The position numbers and the translations under genes are program-made. 39,738 bases of DNA from IMG/VR virus record IMGVR_UViG_3300012952_000006, positions 1 to 39,738 of that record, one strand, 5' to 3'. The notes below the pieces were generated by a model. It saw only the letters and a program-made list of their open reading frames with translations, was not told where the DNA came from and did not search any database. Of this stretch, positions 1 through 9,589 are shown one piece after another. This DNA comes from a virus (Duplodnaviria > Caudoviricetes). How positions within the stretch are numbered: the first letter of the stretch is position 1; each line of letters starts with the position of its first letter.

Positions 1-123
1 CATGATGACGCTGTTGCTTTGATCAAGAACATGGAGGCGCGTGCGAAGAAGAAGGCTGCGGGAAGCGCTGGCGCTCAGACGGCAGAAGAGAAGCGCCTTT
101 GGGACAAGATCAACTACTGGACG
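1..123. repeat. Terminal direct repeat copy 1 (123 bp), probably the assembly overlap of a circular contig
   Basis: 1-123 (catgatgacg...caactactggacg) is identical to 39616-39738 and lies inside a continuous reading frame. Confidence 0.95.
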
Positions 124-357
124 AAGAAATACAACTCAGCCAAGAAGTCCTACGATGACCTGTCTCTGGTTGGCAAAGAGAAGAAGGGCGCTGACTATGT
201 GGCAGATATGCGCAAGGCCAGGGACATGATCAACGAGCTTGAGATAAAGCTTGGCCTGGACGAAAGGGAGATGTTCGTGCCTTCAACAGAGACCACTTCA
301 ACAGAGACCACCGAGACCGGCGGCACAGATGCCAGCAAGATGGGCTGGGGACCGTAG
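1..357 (+). CDS. C-terminal part of a 546-aa probable internal virion/ejection protein that begins at 38332 and crosses the contig join
   Basis: Frame 1 from ATG 38332 has no stop to the window end and continues via the repeat (HDDAVALIKNMEAR...) to TAG at 355-357. Confidence 0.8.
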   Translation, partial: HDDAVALIKNMEARAKKKAAGSAGAQTAEEKRLWDKINYWTKKYNSAKKSYDDLSLVGKEKKGADYVADMRKARDMINELEIKLGLDEREMFVPSTETTSTETTETGGTDASKMGWGP

Positions 358-3300
358 ATGCCCAGCATCCTTGAATACGGGAAGTTCCTTCAGAGCAAGG
401 GCTACTCCCTAGAGGACGGGCGCGAGCGCATCCTGTATTTGACTGGCGTGGACATTACGGGCAGCGGCGCTGACCTGTCTCAGCAGATCCCACCTGAAGA
501 ACTTCTGAGCGCCTCGATTGTGTTTGGGGACGACATCGTGGCGGGAGAGTTCGCGACAGCGGCGAGGAAAGATCAGCAGCGCCAGCCCACTCCCGAGGGA
601 GCTCCTGCACAGCAGCCGGTTGCTGAAGCAGACCTAGCGGCTATGCAGCAACTGATGGAGATCCCCCCTCGCTCATCTGAAGAGCAAGAGCGCCAGTACA
701 CCTTACGATCGCTCGGCGCTCCTGGGGTCCCCGCTATTGGCAGGACGACGCCGCAGGGCGTGGCTCCCGCACAGACCATCGACATCACAGAAGCCGAGTC
801 GCTCGGGGTCATGTACCCCGATCCCCGTGAGCGCGAAGGCGTAGCGTGGCGCGAGTCAGAGCGCAGGCGAGAGGACGAAGAGGCGCGCAAAAAAGAAGCG
901 GCGGCCCTGGTAGACCCAGAGCCACTCCAGCTCCCGGTTCGCAAAGAGGGAGTCATCGGCGCTGCAACTCGAAGCGCAGGCGAGATGGCCGACTACGTCC
1001 AGCGCAGCATAGACATCGACCTCGCCAAAGAAGAAGGCCTGGTGCGTGACCCTGTCCAGGGGCGGCAGGTCGCAGAAGGGGAACTCGCCCCTGGCCCAAC
1101 CACGGTGCGCGAGGTAGGTGGCAAAGAGTTCATTGCCTACGACCCCTCTGTAGATCTGGCGCAGGCCTACGCGCGAGGCGAGGCTTTCCCCCCTGAGGGG
1201 GTGAAGCCGAGGGACGCCGTGATCGCGGCAGCTCAAGGGATTATCCCGACACCTGATCTGACAGACGACTTTGCCGGCTGGGCAGGGCTGGCCGCCGGAA
1301 GAATGTACTGGGGCACAATGGCCGCAGGGCGAGCCACGGGCGAGTGGCTCGAGGACCAGCGAGATGCGATCACAAGAGCACACTCATGGGAGCTGTACCG
1401 AAAAGCACAGCAAGCCAGGGAGAGAGGGGATAAGACCTTCACTGTCTATGTGCCGATGGTCGGAGGCGTAGAGGGGCAGCCCAAGGAGATCACGTATCAG
1501 GTTGATGACTTTGGCACCCCGGATGAGAAAAGCGCAGAGGATGAAGCGCGCATAGAGTCGCGCGCAAACGCCGTGCTGAGAGAGCTCGAGCAGCAAAGAG
1601 AGCACCTCAACAAGCTGCTTGAGGATGATCCCGACTTTGTCTCCACGTACACGGCCAACCTCTGGAAGCAGAACGTCATCGATCTAATCAACGGTCTTGG
1701 TCAGTTCATTGTCTACGGGTCTGGCGCATACCCCATGAGCCGTGGAGAGCAACAGGCCCGTGGCTTTACTGACAACTTTGTAGCCGCCAAGACCGCGTCT
1801 GATGCCTTTGGGGCGGGCATACCGCCAGCAATCATGGCGTCTTACGCCGCGCTAATCACCGACCTGCCAGCAAAGCTCCAGGCAGAAGGACCCACTGTGA
1901 TTCTCGATGCGCTTGCCTTTGGCAAAGCGCTCAAGGCCGGCGCTCTGGCGAGCGGCGCTAAGATGCCAGCTCGGCTCACTCAGACACTAGACAGGCTTGA
2001 GGCTGCCGCTGCTCCACTTATCGAGCGAATAAAGTCAAGCGCGGCAGCGGACAAGTACGACACAGTGCGCCGCAACATCGCAGCCTCCGAGTCAAACATC
2101 AACAAGAACGCCGAGGCGTTGGCAGACGCCACCATCAATGAGGCTAACGCCAGGCAGAACATCGTGCAGAATGCGGTAGAGGCGCTGATCCCCACTATCT
2201 TAGAAGGGGAGATCGGCCTTGGTCCGCGCGCTGCGCCTGTGGCAACTGTGCGCAATGTGCAGTTCTCCCAGCGCAAGGGGGGCACAGAGTCTCTGCGTGA
2301 CATCGAGATCCTCCCTGAAGAGAAAGACCTCTTTGAGGCTGAGAAGGTCAGGGCGTTCAACGACCGCATGAAACAACGCGGCCTAAGCCGTCGCGTAGAT
2401 CTTGACGAGCCAATGACGGTAGAGCTGCCCACTGGTCTCAAGAAGGGACTGGATGAGTTCAGGGTGTCCAAGAAGCCCAAGACGTTTGAGCTGGACACGC
2501 CAGAACAGGTGGCCGCATGGGAGGAGGCGCTTGAAGAGGCGCTGCCTAGACTTGTCGCCGCCAGGAAGAAAAGCAGGGGCAGCGCCAGAGCGGTTGCCAG
2601 GGAGATGAAGAAGCTCACATCGAAGCTAACCGATATTGGCGAGAAGCGTGGCAAGCTCAGGCCCATGGCCCCAGAGGTGGTCGAGGCGCAGATGAAGCGC
2701 GCCGCCCTGGAAGAGGCAGCGGTGTCTGTTGCCTCGCGTAGATCTCCATGGGGCGTCTATAAGGGAGAGCGTGCTCCCATCGAGACGAGGGTGTGGACCG
2801 AGAAGGTCACGGTTACACAGCGCCCTGAAGGCGGCGCTCCTGACGTTGCCTCTCGCCCAACAATGATGATGGGCGAAGAGCAAGCGAAGATGGCCAACAT
2901 GCGCACGCGGCTGAACGAGGGCGCGCACCCCGATGAGCTGATGGAGGAGCTCCAGAGGAAGAAGAAGACGGGGCCATATCGCACCCACGAACTCGCCGGA
3001 ACACCCCCTGATTACAGGGTGACTCCTCGCCTTGAGATGGGCGACAAGGGCACGGCTGAGATTAGGGCTCTGGCTGACCGGGTGACCGGAGGCGGCGACG
3101 AAGCAGAGAGGTTTATCAATGACCTTGAGGTCAACATCGCGCGCAGCATGGACGATGGGATCCCTGAGGTCCTTCGTTCTAAGAAGTTCCGACAGGAGGC
3201 TGCGCGAGACATTGTTGAGATCTACGCACGTCGCCTCAAAGAGCGCGGCGAGGGGATGTCAAAGCGCCAGCGGAAGCTCACCCAGGACAAGATTGAGCGA

Positions 3301-6024
3301 CAGATCGAAGAGAAGCAAGCACCAGTTGTACCGGAGTCTGGTAAGCCTGGCGACATTGTCCCCCTGAATATCGACTTTGAATTCAGAGATTCAAATGGCA
3401 ACGTCGTCGCAAACATCAACCTCCTCAACGAAGTCTCGAAGAGGCTGCTCACCGGAGAGACTGGCAAGAAAATCTTGGCTGACTCGGTGGCGCAAACCGC
3501 GCGGAGAGCTGCGTATCGCAGATCGCAGAAGAGCGCCCAAGGCGTCTTCCTTGACGAGATGAAGAAGGGAACCGACAAGAGGTGGACCTCTTACAACGCT
3601 GGCGGCATTGACGCACCAGGGGCGTACACGGAGCTTTTGCGCACGCTGCACACGTACCTCGACACAGGCAGCATGCCTGCCGTCCTGCGCAACGAGCCGG
3701 GGGAGCTGAAGAGGGCACTCCGCAATCTGCAAGAAGGGCGCAACGCTTTTGGCACCGAGGGCTTCCCAGGTCCCGGCGTAGATGAGTTGATCAAGATCAT
3801 GGAGAAGGAAGGGCTCTCGGTTCCCAATCGCTCTGCGTTTATTAGGAAGCTCCGCAATATCGAGTTGAGGCTGGACCGGTTCGATGACTTCTCCAAGAAG
3901 GGCAGCAGTGGGTACGACAACGCCCGCAGGTTTGTTCGCGTAGACGACGATCTGAGGTCTGCCGTAAGAGACCAAGAGGCCACGCTTGGCGCGCGGTATA
4001 CGGACGCCAAGCGGCAGGTGGACATTGAGCCAGAGGGTCTTGAGCAGGACAGATCCGGTCGGACTGTCGGGTCTGTCTACATCAATCGGCAAGCCGCTCG
4101 CGCCATGGACAACTTTGCCAAGGCTCAGAACGCGGTGAACAACGCAGACGTGTTCATGCACCTCAACACGTTTGGCAAGAGCAACCTAACAGCTCGGCAA
4201 CTAAGCACGCTCAAGAATAACGTCTTGTCCAACGTGTTTCTGCAGACGCTTAGGCGTGGCGATCCTATGCAGTTCCCCAAGATGATCAAGGACGTCACCG
4301 AGTTCAAGCTGTGGCAAAAGAACCCGTCTCTTGTGAGCTCTGAAAAGGGGAGGATCTTCACTGCGCTTGGCAGGACGGGCAAGATCAACACGTCCTACGT
4401 GGATGCTGAGATCACAGCGCTGAAGAACTCTGGCCTGATCGACCGTGCGTTCAGGAACGGGTGGATCTCTGGTGACGCCAGAAAGTTACTCGGAGGGCTG
4501 GACGCCCCCGGTCGGTGGCTCGAAGACCTGTATCGTTACAGCGACGAGGCTTTCAAGCTTGAGGAGGGGGTGTTTGGGTTCAAGCTCATTGAGGATGCAC
4601 TCAACAAGATGGGCGATGGGCGCATGCTGGAGCTAGAGGTCGGGCGCAACAAGCGAGTGACCCTCAAGAAGATTGGCACAGGTGAGTTCGAGTTTGGCAC
4701 AGGGCGCGGGCGCAAGTTTAAGAGCCGGGGAAAAATCAGCGCCGGAAACAAGCTTGACGACATCATGGCCCAAGCGTCCATGAGGTCAGGTGACAAGCTG
4801 TTCTTTGACTACTTCGACGTTCCCGACATGGCGAGGAAGCTGCGCACCAGCACAGCCGCTGCCCTTGTCAGCCCGTTCTATACGTGGCTGAACAAGGCAA
4901 TGGACCTCCCCGGCATCAAGAAAGGTCTCGTCAGTGAGCTGTACAGCGGAGGGCCTTACATGTGGACCGATGACGCTGGCGTGCAGGCAGGCAGGGCGGG
5001 GAGGGCGGCTCAAGCCTCTGCCGCTGCGCACATGGCTTATGCCGCATCGCCAGGCATGTATGACCGCGAGACCGCTAAGAAGCTTCGAGAGACGTTCGGG
5101 TGGGGAGGGTTCGGACAGTACCGTGCGCTCGGCCATCTCGACGAGGGGGTGCTGCACTCTTACAACATCGCCCAGTCGAGCCCCTTCTCTGCTACAGACC
5201 TAGTGTTCAGGGCTATCGAGGGCGGCGTTGAGGCTCTGCAGGACACAGCCAACCTCGTGGGAGGGGACCCCATGTGGGACGAGTTCTCCACGCAGCGGGA
5301 GTTCGTCAACGCATACAAGGCCAACCCAGAGAAGGTCTTGAGCCTGGGCCTTGAGGGCGTGCCGGAAAACGAGGCCAAGGAGATCAAGGCGCGCCGTAAG
5401 TGGCTCATCAAGAAGGGCACGATGAAGACTGGCATCACCCTGGCTGACAGTCTCGACCTCGTTGGCTTCGCTGGATCACCGATCCTTGAGATCTGGCACA
5501 TGGCAGCAGAAGCGGAGAAGAGGGGCCGGCCCGTCTCGCTGTCAGGAGTGGGTAGCCGCTTTGCCAACCTGCTCGTCGGAGGCACGTATGCAAAGGTCTT
5601 CGACTCTGTCGTAGGAGGCGCAGCTCCAGAGAGCAGGCTCACCTCTCGCTTCGACAGAGGGGAGCCTCTCAGCGGAGAGGAGAAGGACTACTTCCGGTGG
5701 GCGATCCGCAACGTGACCGGCGTAGGCTGGGACCACAAGAACTTCGAGCTCCGCGACGAGCAGTACTACAAGGCGCTGAAGCAGCGGTGGCAGAAGACCC
5801 TTGTGGAGCCCATCACGCAGCGGGTGAAGAAGTTCGAGCGAATGGCGCTGTCTCGCCACCTGTCGAGTGACGAAAAGAAAGAGGCGGTGGACAGGTACAG
5901 CAACGCAGAACTCTTGGCTGAAGAGGTCAGGGCACTAATCAACGAAGAGATCGACAGACTGCAGAAAGGACACCAGAGGATCCTGCTGGACTACGGGGAC
6001 ATGCTCGACAGGAGTAAGAATTGA
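358..6024 (+). CDS. Very large internal virion (DNA ejection) protein, 1888 aa
   Basis: Long helical, charged ORF at the end of a podovirus-like structural operon; ATG directly follows the previous stop. Function inferred from size and position only. Confidence 0.65.
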   Translation: MPSILEYGKFLQSKGYSLEDGRERILYLTGVDITGSGADLSQQIPPEELLSASIVFGDDIVAGEFATAARKDQQRQPTPEGAPAQQPVAEADLAAMQQLMEIPPRSSEEQERQYTLRSLGAPGVPAIGRTTPQGVAPAQTIDITEAESLGVMYPDPREREGVAWRESERRREDEEARKKEAAALVDPEPLQLPVRKEGVIGAATRSAGEMADYVQRSIDIDLAKEEGLVRDPVQGRQVAEGELAPGPTTVREVGGKEFIAYDPSVDLAQAYARGEAFPPEGVKPRDAVIAAAQGIIPTPDLTDDFAGWAGLAAGRMYWGTMAAGRATGEWLEDQRDAITRAHSWELYRKAQQARERGDKTFTVYVPMVGGVEGQPKEITYQVDDFGTPDEKSAEDEARIESRANAVLRELEQQREHLNKLLEDDPDFVSTYTANLWKQNVIDLINGLGQFIVYGSGAYPMSRGEQQARGFTDNFVAAKTASDAFGAGIPPAIMASYAALITDLPAKLQAEGPTVILDALAFGKALKAGALASGAKMPARLTQTLDRLEAAAAPLIERIKSSAAADKYDTVRRNIAASESNINKNAEALADATINEANARQNIVQNAVEALIPTILEGEIGLGPRAAPVATVRNVQFSQRKGGTESLRDIEILPEEKDLFEAEKVRAFNDRMKQRGLSRRVDLDEPMTVELPTGLKKGLDEFRVSKKPKTFELDTPEQVAAWEEALEEALPRLVAARKKSRGSARAVAREMKKLTSKLTDIGEKRGKLRPMAPEVVEAQMKRAALEEAAVSVASRRSPWGVYKGERAPIETRVWTEKVTVTQRPEGGAPDVASRPTMMMGEEQAKMANMRTRLNEGAHPDELMEELQRKKKTGPYRTHELAGTPPDYRVTPRLEMGDKGTAEIRALADRVTGGGDEAERFINDLEVNIARSMDDGIPEVLRSKKFRQEAARDIVEIYARRLKERGEGMSKRQRKLTQDKIERQIEEKQAPVVPESGKPGDIVPLNIDFEFRDSNGNVVANINLLNEVSKRLLTGETGKKILADSVAQTARRAAYRRSQKSAQGVFLDEMKKGTDKRWTSYNAGGIDAPGAYTELLRTLHTYLDTGSMPAVLRNEPGELKRALRNLQEGRNAFGTEGFPGPGVDELIKIMEKEGLSVPNRSAFIRKLRNIELRLDRFDDFSKKGSSGYDNARRFVRVDDDLRSAVRDQEATLGARYTDAKRQVDIEPEGLEQDRSGRTVGSVYINRQAARAMDNFAKAQNAVNNADVFMHLNTFGKSNLTARQLSTLKNNVLSNVFLQTLRRGDPMQFPKMIKDVTEFKLWQKNPSLVSSEKGRIFTALGRTGKINTSYVDAEITALKNSGLIDRAFRNGWISGDARKLLGGLDAPGRWLEDLYRYSDEAFKLEEGVFGFKLIEDALNKMGDGRMLELEVGRNKRVTLKKIGTGEFEFGTGRGRKFKSRGKISAGNKLDDIMAQASMRSGDKLFFDYFDVPDMARKLRTSTAAALVSPFYTWLNKAMDLPGIKKGLVSELYSGGPYMWTDDAGVQAGRAGRAAQASAAAHMAYAASPGMYDRETAKKLRETFGWGGFGQYRALGHLDEGVLHSYNIAQSSPFSATDLVFRAIEGGVEALQDTANLVGGDPMWDEFSTQREFVNAYKANPEKVLSLGLEGVPENEAKEIKARRKWLIKKGTMKTGITLADSLDLVGFAGSPILEIWHMAAEAEKRGRPVSLSGVGSRFANLLVGGTYAKVFDSVVGGAAPESRLTSRFDRGEPLSGEEKDYFRWAIRNVTGVGWDHKNFELRDEQYYKALKQRWQKTLVEPITQRVKKFERMALSRHLSSDEKKEAVDRYSNAELLAEEVRALINEEIDRLQKGHQRILLDYGDMLDRSKN

Positions 6025-6404
6025 AAATCACAGCTCACTTCAACATCAACGAGTTCAAGTGCAAGGACGGCACCGCTGTCCCAGCGCGCTACCAGGGAAA
6101 CGTCATGGCCCTATGCCTGGCGCTTGAGCATCTGCGCGCCAAGCTTGGCTCTCCTATCACCATCATCTCGGGATACCGCACCAAGGAGTACAACCTCCGC
6201 TGCGGCGGCATGCCAAGGTCTAAGCACCTCAACGCATCAGCTGCCGACTGCCGCGTGTCGGGCCACTCCCCTGAGGATGTTGCCTCCGCTCTGGAGGAAT
6301 TGATCGCTGATGGTACTATCCCTCAGGGAGGGATAGGCACCTACCCCTCACAGAACTTCGTTCACTACGACATCCGGGGAACCCGGGCACGGTGGAAGGG
6401 ATGA
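6021..6404 (+). CDS. Peptidase M15 family (M15A/M15_3-like Zn peptidase), probable endolysin
   Basis: Motifs HF...EFKCKDG, PITIISGYR, SKH...AAD, GGIGTY...FVHYDIRG (H-D-H Zn ligands); TTG start with AGGAG upstream. Confidence 0.9.
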   Translation: MKITAHFNINEFKCKDGTAVPARYQGNVMALCLALEHLRAKLGSPITIISGYRTKEYNLRCGGMPRSKHLNASAADCRVSGHSPEDVASALEELIADGTIPQGGIGTYPSQNFVHYDIRGTRARWKG

Positions 6405-6661
6405 GCTTCAACACAATCGAAAACTACCCCACGGGCGAGATCAAGACCGAGATGAACATCATCGAAAACAAGGTTGAGGGGCTCGTCAACAACTACTGGA
6501 AGAACGGCAACCTCCAGTACACGTCTGTCTACACGGACGGGGTGATCAACGGCGATGTCAACGCGTATGACGAGGATGGCAACCTGATCTACACCCAGAC
6601 CTGGGTGAGTGGTAGCTGTTCCTCAGGTGACCACCCCCCGCTTCCCGACCCGGAGGATTGA
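6401..6661 (+). CDS. MORN-variant repeat (YwqK-like) small protein
   Basis: Repeats NYPTGEIK / YWKNGNLQY / YDEDGNLIY with G-x-x-x-G spacing; ATGA overlap with the peptidase stop. Confidence 0.7.
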   Translation: MSFNTIENYPTGEIKTEMNIIENKVEGLVNNYWKNGNLQYTSVYTDGVINGDVNAYDEDGNLIYTQTWVSGSCSSGDHPPLPDPED

Positions 6662-6662
6662 C

Positions 6663-7694
6663 ATGGCGGTCATCACAGTCGGAACGGGTGGAGACCAAAC
6701 CACCCTCAACGCAGCTATCGCTGCGGCCACAAGCGGAGATGAGATCCGCGTCATCGCTGGGTTCTCGCACGATGGAACAACCGTCAACGTCAACAAAGAC
6801 AACCTGACGTTTACCAAGGCAGACGGAGTCACTGCCGCTGTCTCCACCTCGAACGAAAAGACCATCGAGTTCGGAAGCAACCAGACCGGCATCTCCTTCA
6901 CCGGCTACCTGTTCATCAATACGCACGCATCTGGGAACAGATACGCTATTTATATGAACTACGCTCAAGTCACGTTCACCGAGTGTGCCATGAGCATGGA
7001 GACCGGGAGCAGTAGCCTTACCCCCATCGTGTGGCTGATAGGCGACGGCTCTCTGTTTTATCGGTGTGCTTTTTTTGGAAACAGCAACAAGCAGTATGGG
7101 CTAATAAACCCAGGCTCAGGCACCTTCACTGTTGACTCATGCCTCATCCTTAACGTCGGCAAGTACGGCATATACACATATGGTTCAGGCGGCGCGTTTG
7201 TAAGGAACTGCACTGTCTACACCCCAACACAGGGATCTGGGACGAGCTACGGGATCTACCTGAACACAGCCAACTCCGGGGTCTACAACACGATCGTGTT
7301 TGGATCCAGCGACATGAACTATGGGGTGCGGACGAAGAACGACTCCTCGGTGCAGGTCAAGAACGTCATCTCGTATGGCACGATGGTCAATCCCTACTTG
7401 GTGACGGGCGCAACAACAGCCAACCTCTACGACCAGACTGATGTGACCGCAGACGGCAACCCTGTTCTGGTTGACCCAGCGGGTGGCGACTTCCACCCCG
7501 ACACAAGCGGCATCGCTTTCGAGGGCGGTGACCCTAACTTCGACCCTGCCAAAGACTATGACGGCAACGACTGGGGTAACCCGCCCTCCATCGGAGCGCT
7601 TGAGGCAGAGTCCTCAGGCGGCGGTGGCGGTGGTGGAGCTGTATCCCCGTCGAAAGCCGGCTTCCTCTCCAGTCCATTCACCCTCAATCCATAG
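6663..7694 (+). CDS. Right-handed parallel beta-helix protein with choice-of-anchor-Q-like C-terminal motif; possible spike or decoration protein
   Basis: GGAGG RBS; beta-helix repeats (YGIY, VRNCTVY, VYNTIVFG); DFHP...DYDG...PSIGALE motif; Gly linker and short tail. Confidence 0.7.
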   Translation: MAVITVGTGGDQTTLNAAIAAATSGDEIRVIAGFSHDGTTVNVNKDNLTFTKADGVTAAVSTSNEKTIEFGSNQTGISFTGYLFINTHASGNRYAIYMNYAQVTFTECAMSMETGSSSLTPIVWLIGDGSLFYRCAFFGNSNKQYGLINPGSGTFTVDSCLILNVGKYGIYTYGSGGAFVRNCTVYTPTQGSGTSYGIYLNTANSGVYNTIVFGSSDMNYGVRTKNDSSVQVKNVISYGTMVNPYLVTGATTANLYDQTDVTADGNPVLVDPAGGDFHPDTSGIAFEGGDPNFDPAKDYDGNDWGNPPSIGALEAESSGGGGGGGAVSPSKAGFLSSPFTLNP

Positions 7695-7703
7695 GAGACA
7701 CCC

Positions 7704-8057
7704 ATGCCCCTCAACCTTCTTGGCTTCTCGAAGAGAGCCACCCCGATAGTCAACGCAGACTTCGTCGTCGTCCAAGTAGCTGGCACCGGAGCTCACAGAG
7801 CGCTGATCACAGATGTGCAGGATCAGATCGGCGGGCTCACCAAGACCTACCCGGACAACATCGTCGGCCTCTTGATTGGCAACACCAGCGCAGCGACGAT
7901 GCACATTGGGACTACGAACGCCGGAGGCACCGCGTCTACGGATGGGATCCCCCTCGCCGCTGACCAGAGCCTTTACCTTCCCATCGAGTCGATCGGTACG
8001 GAGGTGACGTTCAAGGCCGCCAACACCACCAACATCTCGGTAGCTGTGTTCTATTGA
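7704..8057 (+). CDS. Hypothetical beta-rich small protein, probably virion-associated
   Basis: AGGAG RBS; N...HIG...GIPLAADQSLYL pattern resembles small phage beta-sandwich proteins. Confidence 0.6.
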   Translation: MPLNLLGFSKRATPIVNADFVVVQVAGTGAHRALITDVQDQIGGLTKTYPDNIVGLLIGNTSAATMHIGTTNAGGTASTDGIPLAADQSLYLPIESIGTEVTFKAANTTNISVAVFY

Positions 8058-8278
8058 TGTGGGACTTTGACCCGAACACGGTAGGCCAGCTTGGCGTCCT
8101 CATGTCTACGCTAATCATAGGCAACATCAGCCTGCGCAGACACATGGACACCAAGTTCTCCCACATCAACGACGCTCTCAAGGACATCCGAGAGGACTCC
8201 AAGGAGCAGTGGTCCAACATCCGCGCTATCGACAGGAAGGTAGCAGCCCTGGAGGCAACCAATGAGCCTAAGTCTTGA
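8054..8278 (+). CDS. Small membrane protein with C-terminal coiled coil (lysis-cassette type)
   Basis: One N-terminal hydrophobic helix then heptad-like DRKVAALE; overlaps neighbours. Confidence 0.6.
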   Translation: MMWDFDPNTVGQLGVLMSTLIIGNISLRRHMDTKFSHINDALKDIREDSKEQWSNIRAIDRKVAALEATNEPKS

Positions 8279-8576
8279 TGTGATCACATGGGAGACCATG
8301 CTGATGCTGATCAGCGTGTGTGCCCTGTCGGCCTACGCAGGCACAGAGGTGGTGCGACAGCTTCTCAACGGGTGGACCAGGCACTCCAAAAAGGAGAAGG
8401 CTTGGTGGCAGGCTGGCCTCCTCAAGAGCATCTCTGTGACATTGGGTGGTGCCGCCGGCTACTTCCTGGGCGAGTCCCTCCTCGGGCTCGTTGTCGGCGT
8501 TGGAGCTGGCGGCATCACCACCTCAGTGGTGAGCGCCGTCAAGGCACGGCTTAAGGGCGGGGGCAGTGGGCAGTGA
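8262..8576 (+). CDS. Holin-like membrane protein (paralog A)
   Basis: About 3 hydrophobic Gly-rich segments and a basic C-terminus; aligns by eye with 20844-21260. Confidence 0.6.
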   Translation: MSLSLDVITWETMLMLISVCALSAYAGTEVVRQLLNGWTRHSKKEKAWWQAGLLKSISVTLGGAAGYFLGESLLGLVVGVGAGGITTSVVSAVKARLKGGGSGQ

Positions 8577-8905
8577 ACGGAGGGATGCTGTACGCTGTCG
8601 CCGCCCTTGTTTTGGCGGTGATCGCCCTGGGCTTCTTCCTTCAGGTGGAGAGGTCCAAGCGCAAGCGATCCGAGGAGCGAGTGGAGGCTCTCTCTCGTAG
8701 CGTCGATGTGGCGCAGCGCACCAGCAGTGTGATGCACGAGATAGCGCTGGAGAAAGACAAGGCCCTTGGCGAACTCGGTGAGGCGCATTGGGAAACGCAG
8801 CGCCAGTTGACTGAGAAGCAGAAGGAGCTGGATGACGCAGCGCCTGACGCTGAGAAGATCGCAGGCTTGTTTAACGAGCACATGAGGGAGAGGGACAGTG
8901 GCTGA
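8573..8905 (+). CDS. i-spanin (Rz)-like protein: N-terminal TM plus coiled coil
   Basis: TM (LYAVAALVLAVIALGFFL) followed by a long charged helical region; follows the holin-like gene. Confidence 0.55.
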   Translation: MNGGMLYAVAALVLAVIALGFFLQVERSKRKRSEERVEALSRSVDVAQRTSSVMHEIALEKDKALGELGEAHWETQRQLTEKQKELDDAAPDAEKIAGLFNEHMRERDSG

Positions 8906-9110
8906 TTGGATCAAGGGGGCCATCAAGAGGCCTGGAGCCTTTAAGAAGAAAGCCAAGGCGGCTGACATGAGCACATCGGCCTACGCCGACAAGGTATTGA
9001 AGAAAGGGTCGAAGGCCTCGACCCGCACGAAGCGCCAGGCTTCTCTGGCAAAGACTCTTGGTAAGATGCGCCGTCGAAAAAAGGCGGCAAAGGAGATGCT
9101 AGATGCCTGA
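8898..9110 (+). CDS. Small, highly basic hypothetical protein
   Basis: WIKGAIKRPGAF...KRQASLAKTL, very Lys/Arg-rich; coupled to neighbours. Confidence 0.7.
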   Translation: MADWIKGAIKRPGAFKKKAKAADMSTSAYADKVLKKGSKASTRTKRQASLAKTLGKMRRRKKAAKEMLDA

Positions 9111-9324
9111 GGTAATTACAGAGACTGGCAGCATCGATCTGCCGTATGACGTTGAGAACCCGGAGCGACTCAAGGCTGCCGTCGAGATGCTTCTCGAGGA
9201 GATGCCTGAGGAGATGAAGCCTGGGTTCATGGACTTCTGGCAGCAGGCCTACCGCCCTGTCATGGACGAGGAGGAGGCGATCATCGAGGAGCCGGTGGAG
9301 GTCCCCAATGAAGTCCCCGCGTGA
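9103..9324 (+). CDS. Small acidic hypothetical protein
   Basis: AGGAG RBS, overlapping neighbours, Glu-rich. Confidence 0.6.
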   Translation: MPEVITETGSIDLPYDVENPERLKAAVEMLLEEMPEEMKPGFMDFWQQAYRPVMDEEEAIIEEPVEVPNEVPA

Positions 9325-9589
9325 TCAGATGATTGCTCTCCTCATCCGCGAGGACCCTACGTGGAAGAAGGCGAAGGCGGCACCCCGTGTGGCGTCGGGC
9401 TACAGCCCAGAGGAGGAGGACGATTACGCCGACTTCTTTAGCGGCCACATCTCTCCGCAGCTCAGGGCTGGTCGATCTCCAAACACCCTCGACTCCAGGG
9501 CGCGTGCTGCTAATGAGATGAAGATCGAGATCGAGAAGTTGATTAAGGAGCTCAGCAGGGGTGACTCCGGTGGCGACATCAAGTTGTGA
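9308..9589 (+). CDS. Hypothetical protein
   Basis: GGAGG upstream; packed in the operon. Confidence 0.55.
   Translation: MKSPRDQMIALLIREDPTWKKAKAAPRVASGYSPEEEDDYADFFSGHISPQLRAGRSPNTLDSRARAANEMKIEIEKLIKELSRGDSGGDIKL

Noticed and set aside
1-123. Terminal repeat as a biological direct terminal repeat
   Set aside because: It lies mid-gene and is about assembler k-mer length, so a circular-assembly overlap is more likely; true termini cannot be read from this sequence.
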